Assembly: GCA_013265495.1 (NCBI GenBank)
Contig: MU058687.1
Span: 2,606,001 to 2,670,000, forward strand
Source of the DNA: Vicugna vicugna
Lineage: Eukaryota
DNA: 64,000 nucleotides
Reading direction: 5' to 3'
Positions 55,612 through 64,000 of this stretch are shown here, piece after piece (the stretch's first letter is position 1; each line of letters opens with the position of its first letter). The translations under genes were made by a program, and so were the position numbers. The notes under the pieces are model-generated. The model had not been told where the DNA came from. It saw only the letters and a list, made by a program, of their open reading frames with translations, and made no database searches.

Positions 55612-56131
55612 CTTCTTAACATAACTGGACAGTAGAATCATACTGTCTCATTCCTCTGAACTTGCTTTGCCTTGCAATATGTCTCTGTTGTCCACGTTGA
55701 TACATTTAGAGCCATCTCAGTCTTTTTAACTGCCGCATGGGATTTCATAGTTCAGAAGTCTCATGATTCAATCCCATTGGGTGGACATTTAAGTTATTTC
55801 TGGTGTTTTGCTACTACAAATAACAGTCACCAACATTCTTCCGTATTCAGTGTTTGCACACGTGTGATTCTGTAACATGGGCTCGGCGGAGCCGACCCAG
55901 GATGAGCGTGTGCATATTCTAAATTCAAATCTGCTGCCGAAGTCCTGCTGACAAGGTAAACCCATCCCCACCCACGTGCCAGCGCCGAGTAGCACCATGC
56001 CCCCTGCTCTGCCGAGATCAGAGATGGGTTTACAGATGGTCTCGATGTATTTGAGCCCGTCTAAGCACTCCCGTCGATCAGCCATGAGGCTGCCTTGGCG
56101 CTCAGCATTATCCCCTTACCTTTCAAACCAG

Positions 56132-56156
56132 TTTCTTGAAAAAGACGAGGCCATAG
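56132..56156 (+). CDS. LRRC74A: LRRC74A terminal coding exon 14
   Basis: ctttcaaaccag|T; (S)FLKKTRP*, matching the recalled human C-terminus SFLNTMKP*. Completes a 1416-nt ORF. Confidence 0.85.
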
Positions 56157-56281
56157 CAACAAGTCTGGTCTGGAAAGAAGTCTCTGCGACAGTGAAGTTT
56201 CAGCAAGCTGGCTGGTGGCAGGGAGGAGGCGGAGAGCTGGCTGGAACCTCAGCGGACAAACACCAGGGCTGTGAGCGAGCC

Positions 56282-56287
56282 AATAAA
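56282..56287 (+). terminator. Polyadenylation signal AATAAA of LRRC74A
   Basis: AATAAA about 125 nt after the stop codon, followed by GT-rich sequence. Confidence 0.7.
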
Positions 56288-59200
56288 GTCTGCCTTGGGT
56301 CTCTGGGCTGGTGGCATGCCCTTACCCAGGGGGGCACCCTCCGGTTTTAGGGGGCACATCCTTGGTGGCCTCATTAAGAGCCACAAAGACAAACTGGAAA
56401 TTCAGGGGTTGCTAGGCGGCAGGAAGAGAGCAGGGGGGGGGGGTGTCAGTGCAAAAAAACAGTCATCATAGCACTTGTCAGCTGTGTCAAGGGGAAGATT
56501 GCTAAGATTCAGGAGGCAGTGGCAGAAGGAACAGATGCTCAGGAAATGAGGACAAGGGCCTTTAGAAGCAAATGCTTGGGGGGTCACGTGGAGGAAGCCC
56601 AGGACAGGAGACAGAGAGAACTGGCATGTAGCCGTGGCCCGGTGTGACCTGGCCACCTGAACTTGGAGCCTCATGGTTCCACCTGAAAAGTGCAACAGCT
56701 GAAAAAAATGGATCCCAATCTGTCCCAGGGATCTACCATGCTGCATTACTTTGTAAAATTCCTTGGAAACCTGGGGAGGCACGAGGAGCTTAGCAAAAGA
56801 AGAGCAGGAATATCCAAGAACAGCATACACTGAGCAGGTGTGGGGAATGGGCACCGTCAAGGGTTTGGGTTAACCTCACCAGTCATCTTTGAGTTGAACA
56901 AGGGCAGGAACTGCACCTGCAACAGTGCCTGCTCATAGTAGGTGCTCAATAAAGAACGCCTGTGCAATGAGCAAACTCATTCACCTGGCAGTTGTTTGGG
57001 GCATGTGATGGAAGGCTGGGAGGGTTTGGAGAGTGCCTAGGAACTCCCAGTGGAGTGCTGGAACGGCATCTAGGAATCAAGGCATCAGCCCTCGGGTTTC
57101 ACTTTGCTTCCTCACCGAGGGTAGAGGTGACACTGAGCCCTGTCTGTACATGTGGCAGAACCATTACTTGAAATAATCCATGTACCTTTCCCCATAGCGA
57201 ATTTTCCCCTCCCCTCCCCTTTTTAAGGTCTTAGCCTAAAATTGAATTTCCATTAATTGGTTGGTATATGGTCTCAGAGTCAAAACTAGGATGATAAAAA
57301 GAAAATAAAGTAACACCATAAGGAGTTTGTGGGCTGAAATTCATATCCACTATACCCATTGGAGCATGTGGATGGCCCTACTCTGACTCCCCAAATAAAT
57401 TGGATCCTCTTGAAGTCAGGGAGCCTGTCTTGAAAGTCCGTTATAATCTGTGAAATTCTCCATCATGTCCATGCTCGTAACTGAGCGTCTAATAATCACT
57501 GGTGTCTGGGTGAAACCCTGTGGATTATGAGGCTGTGAAGTATTGAAATTTGCTATGGACTGTGGATTAAGGATCAATAAAAACAGCAAAGTTTTCTTAA
57601 GATGCTTTTATTCATTTCTTGTATAAATTGAAAAGGCAGCACATTTTCTTATCAGATGTTACTTATTGTTTGGGTAGTTTTGGGGAATGATGGAGATACG
57701 GGGAAACAAAATCTCTCCCCACCACCCCCGACCCTCCAGGCCACCCCTTGGTACCGCCGCCCCCATAACCCAGGCCAGGCCAAAACCCTGCCTGCAGCAG
57801 CCCTGGAACCCGCCAGACTGGGGAGTAATTCCTACCCATGGCCACTAGGTGTCAGGTCAGCTCCAAAAGTCCGCCTGAGGGTGCCGCAGTCTTTGTCAAG
57901 CACTTGCCCTGATCACCCAGACTTCTACCCCCAGGACCCTGGCATGACATCTGAGTCCAAAAGTGTCCAGCAGCCTGACACCTGGGCAGACCTGTGCAAG
58001 GCTTGGTGTCCTCATTATGAATTGAGGTTATTCACAACTACTTTGCACCCTTGTTGTGAGGAAGAAAATCAGGTGCTCAGTACAAGCTCCGTAAGAATTC
58101 AGTCCCCTCCCTGAGCCAGCCCACCCTGGAGCTGGGCCAGACCACAAGAGGAGCCCTGCTCCATCGGGGTGGGGGGTGGGGAATACATCCACCAACAATA
58201 GGCTGACTTGTGTTTGATCAGTTTGCTGTGTCAGGACCCCAACAGGCCCTGAAGACCAAGGTGGAGGTAGAGGGGCCTTGCAGGAGTCAGAGAGGCTATC
58301 AGGTCAAAGATGGCCCAGAGGCACTGGCTCATAAGCACAGCACTGCAGGGGGTCAGGCTGCAGCTCTGGGAACAGCACCCTGTGTGTGCACCCTGTGTGT
58401 GCCCTCCTTCCACACCCAGCTCAGTTTAGCTTCATGCACTAACTCTTTGCATCCTCTTGGGGACCCTGTGTGATGGATGATGTCTGTCACCTCCAATCTA
58501 CAGCTGGGGAAATGTGGGCTTGGAGAAGTTAAGCATCTCACCCAAAGTCTTCTGCTAGTGAGCAGCAAGGCTGAGGTTCAGACCCCGGCCATATAGCTCT
58601 GGCTCCCTGAGATCCAAACCACTGCGTCTCCCTGCCCACTCTGTGGCTTCCACAAAGCTTTGTATCAGCAAGCGGAGTTTAAATGCACTTGCTCTGTTTA
58701 CACCCTTTCTGTAAGAAATGGAAGAATAACTCTACTGGTAAGCAAGCACGAGCTCCAGGCCAGACGGGACCAGCCAGCAGGAGGGAAGCCAAGGCAGAGA
58801 TGGCATGCTCTGTTGTGGCTGAATTCTCAAGGTCAGGTTGATGTGCCCTCCCTGCCCTGCCCCCTGCCCTCTGCGTTGCTCAGAAATTGCACGCGGGGTG
58901 GGGGAGGGGTAAGGTGGGAGAATAGAAGGCAGAGTGTGGAATATCTCTGTATGCCAGAACCGGAAAGTGGTTAAGCCTGCAGATGCTGGCATTTGACAGT
59001 TCTGCGTTTGAATTCTGTCTGGCTTCACCAATGATCAGCTCTGTGACCTTGAGCTAGTCACTCAGCTTCCCTGAATCTCAATTTCCTCATCTGTAGATAA
59101 GGATGACAATGGTACCTCCTCCCCATAGAGTTGCTGTGAAATTTTAATGAAATCATGCATGTGGAACACTGAGCCCCACGCCTGGGCACACAGTAAGTGC

Positions 59201-60159
59201 TTAATATAAGGACAACCTCATTACAGTGGAGTCCCTCCCCTAAGAGGGTGGGGTGTGGGGTGCTGTAGGTCCAGCAAGGCGCATTAGGGGCCAAACTGAG
59301 CAGCCATCTTTGAAACACCCAAGTACTGGGTCTCTGAAACACCGTGGGAGGCATTCCAGTCTCGGGCTTTGGCTTAAGACTTGAGTGAAATCAAAAGAAT
59401 TTGTCCAGAATCTTAAGAATTGGAGGGAGGTGGGAGGGCCGGGGACCAGCAGTACTCTGGGCAATGCAGGGCACGCAGTGGACATCTGGCCAGTTTCTCG
59501 GCTCCGGAGGTCTGAACCCTCTCCCTGGGCTGAGAGTGCCCCACTTTACAAGTCCTGGGAGGGGCAGCTGGCATTGCAGCTGGGGTGTAGGCTCATGTCT
59601 ACCCCAGACATGGACTCTCTGGGCTCGGTTCAGGACCTGGCATCCAAGGAAGCAAAGACCCCAGAGAATTCCCTCTGGCATCTGTGGCATTGCAGCTGGA
59701 CGGAGTCCCTGAGCAGTGGTGGTGGCGGTGCTGGTTGGATCGTTCTGGGTGCCTGGCCTGCAGGTCAGCGGTGGCAGCTGCAGTGTCCTCAGGGGACCAG
59801 GCTGCCTTGCCAAGCAGGGAGCTTGCAATTGGTTTGGTTTTAAACAAAAGAAAACAATGACTAGCAAGGCAAGAGTGTGTCCTAAACACTGGCTGCCGAC
59901 CAGTGGCATTGAACTAGAGAAAAGAAATAGCTCTCCTTCAGGAAGCAGAGATCCTGGAGGGCAAGGGAAACTGAGGGCCGTGTGGGGGAGGAAGTGGCTC
60001 TCTGGGGCTCAGCGGTGCCTCGAAGGATGGACAGTGGTGTGACCTTTGGAGGGCTGTTTTGTGGTTTTGCCACCTCTTAGGGAGCTTGCAGATAAACTGG
60101 GGCAGGTCTGACAGGCTGGCGGCTGTGTGACCAGGGTGAGACGGAGCTCTTGTGTGTGC

Positions 60160-60850
60160 ATGTGTTATGTTTTAATCAAGGGCAGAACAGGTCTTTTCTC
60201 TAGTTCCTGCAAAAACCCTCGGAATTTCCCCACAGAAGTGTCTTCATCATGCGAATGAGATGACTCAGGGTGAGCCCCTGGATAGCTTCACGAAAGGACC
60301 AACCCTGTGTGTGGATGTTGGGACGTCCAGCTAACAGAAAGACAGGGAGCTGGAGACTGAGCTCAGTCATGCAGCCAGTGTTCAGTCTTGCGTAATGAAA
60401 CCCCAGTGAAATCGCTGGACACTGGGACTGGGGCTCAGTGGAGCTTCCTGGGAGGTGACTTGGCTGAACTCCATGGGGAGAAAGCACAGAAGCTTTGCCA
60501 TCCTTCTCAGATCTTGCCCTGCATGTCTTCATTTGGTTGCTCCTGGGTCGTATCCTTTGTAATAAAACTGCCATCATCAGTTTAGCACTTTCAGTGAGTT
60601 CTGTCATTCCATTTATCAAAACTGAGGCGTCACGGGAACCCCCTGCTTTGTAGCTGCTAGTCAGAAGCACAGGTGCCGTTGGGACCCCACTTGCAGCTGG
60701 CATCTGAAGCAGAGGTCATCTGTAGGGGGCTGAGCCCTTAACCTGTAGTTTCTGATGCTAACCCTGGGAGGTTAGTGTCAGAACTTCATTGCAGCAGACC
60801 CCAGGTTGTGTTACCCCAGGAGAAGTGGAAATGGAACACGTGTACACAAA
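60160..60850 (+). mobile_element. MER21-like ERV solo LTR
   Basis: aaaaccctcggaatttcc...taatgaaaccccagt...atcctttgtaataaaactg...gctggcatctgaagc...gctgagcccttaacctgt...ttagtgtcagaa. Confidence 0.75.
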
Positions 60851-61984
60851 AACATGCTCATATTTGAATTAAAGGGCGTAGTGTATGTACTTGGATGTGT
60901 CCATGCCCAACAGGAGGCACTTGCCTGTGTACTAACCCCCAGACCCACCTACTTTCTTGCCACTATCTTTAACAGCGGGATTTCAATGTAGCCACTCCTG
61001 GCTTGTGCTGCTTTCCTGGCTGTACCCCTATTTTCCCAGCAGAGGGCGCTCCAATCCCACAAGTCCTCCACCTCCGCACAGGGGCTTCAGCTCTAAAGCA
61101 AGGTTGGGGGGAAGCTCAGAAAAAGAAAGTAGGACCCCAAACTGTCTCGGGGAAATCAGATTCTTATTAGGTGTCTGAAAAGGCAGCAATGCAGCTGGCT
61201 TCAGTGACACGGGTCCCAGTGGGGGAGCTGGGGCCAGAACCCTTAATCTGCCCACTCAGGAGCAGATGCAGTTTCTGTGGAGCCTGAGATTATACGGTCC
61301 GAAACTTCCCCCTCCCTTTTTTTTTTTTCCAAAAAATACAAATGTATAAATACAATGTAAGGCTTAGCAAGTGGATATGTATCTAGAATGAGAGAAGAAA
61401 TTCACAACAAGTGACACATTTTAAAAAACTGACAGCGGCATAAACATCAAATCCACACTGGGGCCCTGAAAGGGGTCCCACTGAGCCCCTGCCTGCAGGT
61501 CGACCAGCAGAGACCAGGCACCTTCCTGAAGTGGAGTCCGGTTTGCTTCCTGAGACCGTTTTGCCACGAAAACTGGCTGGAGGAGTCAACTCCAAGGATT
61601 CGCGCTTGTCTGGTCCTCCCCACCTCTCTCCTTGCCGCCATCCTAGGAGCAATCATTGGTAGTCACACCATGAGCATGTGTGGGATGCTGTCCCTTTTCT
61701 CTGTTGAGCCCAGAAGGCTACCACCTCCACGTCTGCCTTTTGGGAGGCGTGAGGCAGTTCTTGCAGCTTTTCCTTTCCTGAGTCCTGGGTCCACTGTGGG
61801 TCCTCCATCCACTTGGCATTATTTCAAGACTATGAAACTCACAGCCCCCAAAAGACTTTTCCTAAGGGCACTGTGATGCAAGGAAAAAACTCTTCTTAAA
61901 TTAGTGGTGGGGGAAATTTAGAATGCAAGAGGTGGGGCAGGGAGACCATGTACACCTATTTATACTAAAGTGTAAGTGACTTCA

Positions 61985-62580
61985 ATTAAATCAATAAACG
62001 TTTATTAGGGACTTACAATGTGTCCAGTGCTGCTGTGGGTGGGATGCATCAGTGAATAAAAAACCAAAACTTTATACAGAGTTTACATTCTAGCAGGAAG
62101 AGACTGACCACGAGTAACGACTATAACCGATAGTGCTTCATACACAATGTTAGAAGATACATGCTGGGGGGGAAAGAACAGAACCAGGAGGGGAGGTTCA
62201 GGAGGGCCATTGCTGTGGGGCAGGGAGGTGGGTTTACAATTTTAAACAGGTGAGGAGTGATATTTGAGCAACAACCTGAAGGCAGTGAGGGAGAGCCATG
62301 TGGATCTGGGGAAGGCTTTTCAGGCTGAGCAAAGGTCCGCAGAAAGGAACCGGCCTGGTGTGTCTGAGACCAGTAAGGCAGCCTGAGGCTGGAGCAGGGA
62401 GGGAGGGAGCCCGTGGTGGGAGGGGAGGTCAGAAGGAGCAGCGCCTAAGCAGGGGGCCTCAAGGGCTGTCATAAACGTAAGCGTGGGTCTCAGTGAGGTG
62501 GGCCCTTGCAGGCTTTGGGGCAGAGGAGCGGGGACTCTAACATCTTTGAAAAGGGTGTCCTTGTTGCTGTATGACGAATA
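61985..62580 (-). mobile_element. L2 3' fragment (antisense), followed by a short L1 3' UTR piece at ~62585-62695
   Basis: tcaataaacgtttattagggacttacaatgtgtcc; gagtttacattctagc; then cagacataaggaacaaactagtggttaccag. Confidence 0.65.
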
Positions 62581-64000
62581 GACTTCAGCAACAAACTGGT
62601 GACTATAACATAAAAGAAGCTGACTCCCAGACATAAGGAACAAACTAGTGGTTACCAGTTGGGGATGGGGGCAACACAGGGGTGGGAGTTGCTCAAAGAT
62701 TCTCAGAACACATTCAAAGGATGAAGAAAGAGCGAACAGATCCCTGCTCTCAGCAGCCCAGCTGTGGGTTCCGAGAGCCGTTCCAGCAGACACGCCGCCC
62801 GGCATCTGGCAGGGCCCGGCTGCAAACACGTCTGGGCAAAGGTCCACAGAGGCTCCGGATGGCGGGGGACTGGCCCAGGGGCAGAAGCTCCAGCCAAACT
62901 GTGGAAGCAGAAGTTCCAAGGGCACTGGGAAAGCTGAGGACTGGCTTGCTCACCGAGCAAGATCAGAGGCACACAGTAAACACAGGTGTTTCTACCAGAA
63001 GCAGCCTTCCTGGCAATATACCCCCTGCTACCCAGCCACCCAGGGCCGGACTCTCCCAGCTGCCAGGACCCCTGTCTCACAGGGCTGGGGGCACTAAGCT
63101 AGGAGCCAGCTGGCCCAGGGGCACCTCCCATGGAAAGCCTCGCCCCCACCACCGAGCCTCAGTGGTGAGGACCCTGACTGGGGATGGGGAGGGAGGCAGG
63201 GCTCCTTCATGCAGCCAAGCTCTCTCCTGCCCCCGTTCCCAACCTGGCTGGATGCAAGGCCCCAACTGGCTTGGCCACAAGGACCTAACCTGGCCTGGGG
63301 GTAGTACATCAAGGGACTGCGGTGAGAGGGAGGCAGGGCGGCCCGGTGGTCGGGGCACGGGCTGGGTGATAGGCTGCCCTATGTGCGTTTCTCCCTTCTC
63401 CCCTTCTTCCCTTGTTCTTTACGGAGGTCTTACTCTGTGCCAGGCCCCGTGTGTGGCATCAGGGTTAGTCTTGAGAGTGCAATGGGCCAGCTCGACTCAG
63501 TGACGTGGAGCCTGAGCCCGATCAGGGAGGCAGGCACACATTAAACAGACAGCCACGCACACACTGCCCCTGGGAGGACTCCCGCAAAGGTGGAGCCGCA
63601 CAGGGACAACGTGGCAGTCCTTTGGCTGCAACCAGCTACTCAGTTAATCTGATTCTCATCATTGTAATTACAGAACCCATCCCTCTGGCTTTGTAAGAGT
63701 AAATGGGACTCACACACAGACCACAGGCCCCACGCCAGGCCCAGAGGGCTCCCTAACCTTACGAGGGTGGGGGCTTTATCGTCCCTGCGGCTGCTGGGAG
63801 CCCGGGAAAGAAGAGGCAGGAAAGAGTGTCTCTCCAGGTTGTGGCCTGCGGGGCCTGCCAGGGCAGAGCAGAGGCCAGCGTTGGTTACTGTCAGGCCCAC
63901 CTTCCCTCTGGACCTGGACTCTTCCTACAGCCTGAGGGGTGGTTTCCAGCCCCCGGGCAGGGCCTGCCTGCTCTCCCTGACCCCTGTTCAGCTGCTGCTG

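Noticed and set aside
62682..63503. 273-aa ORF and overlapping 201-aa and 149-aa ORFs
   Set aside because: They lie in GC-rich stop-poor sequence, partly overlap L1/L2 debris, have G/P/R-rich composition with no recognisable domain, and mostly have non-ATG starts.

Overview
This is mammalian genomic DNA, not prokaryotic. It is most likely camelid, judging from a tRNA-derived Vic-1-like SINE and the L1 3' ends. Two divergently transcribed spliced genes occupy most of the window, in the same arrangement I recall for human 14q24.3. (1) ANGEL1 (minus strand; CCR4/EEP-family 2',3'-cyclic phosphatase and eIF4E binder): coding exons 1-9 lie at 19466->405 with a CpG-island promoter, and the last exon lies left of the window. 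(2) LRRC74A (plus strand; leucine-rich-repeat protein): all 14 coding exons lie at 27322->56156, giving 1416 nt / 471 aa with no frameshift or internal stop, and a polyA signal at 56282. All introns are GT-AG with consistent phases. The rest is L1, L2, MIR, hAT MITEs, MaLR/ERV LTRs, SINEs and microsatellites; repeat names are from recall, not RepeatMasker. I found no convincing novel multi-gene system. The most interesting details are: an eIF4G/4E-BP-like module on its own symmetric ANGEL1 exon; an ATG-less counterpart of the human long-isoform LRRC74A first exon; three tiny retro-insertions, two of unknown source; a 96-bp intronic duplication next to a candidate cassette exon; a candidate alternative LRRC74A terminal exon; and a degenerate EF-hand.
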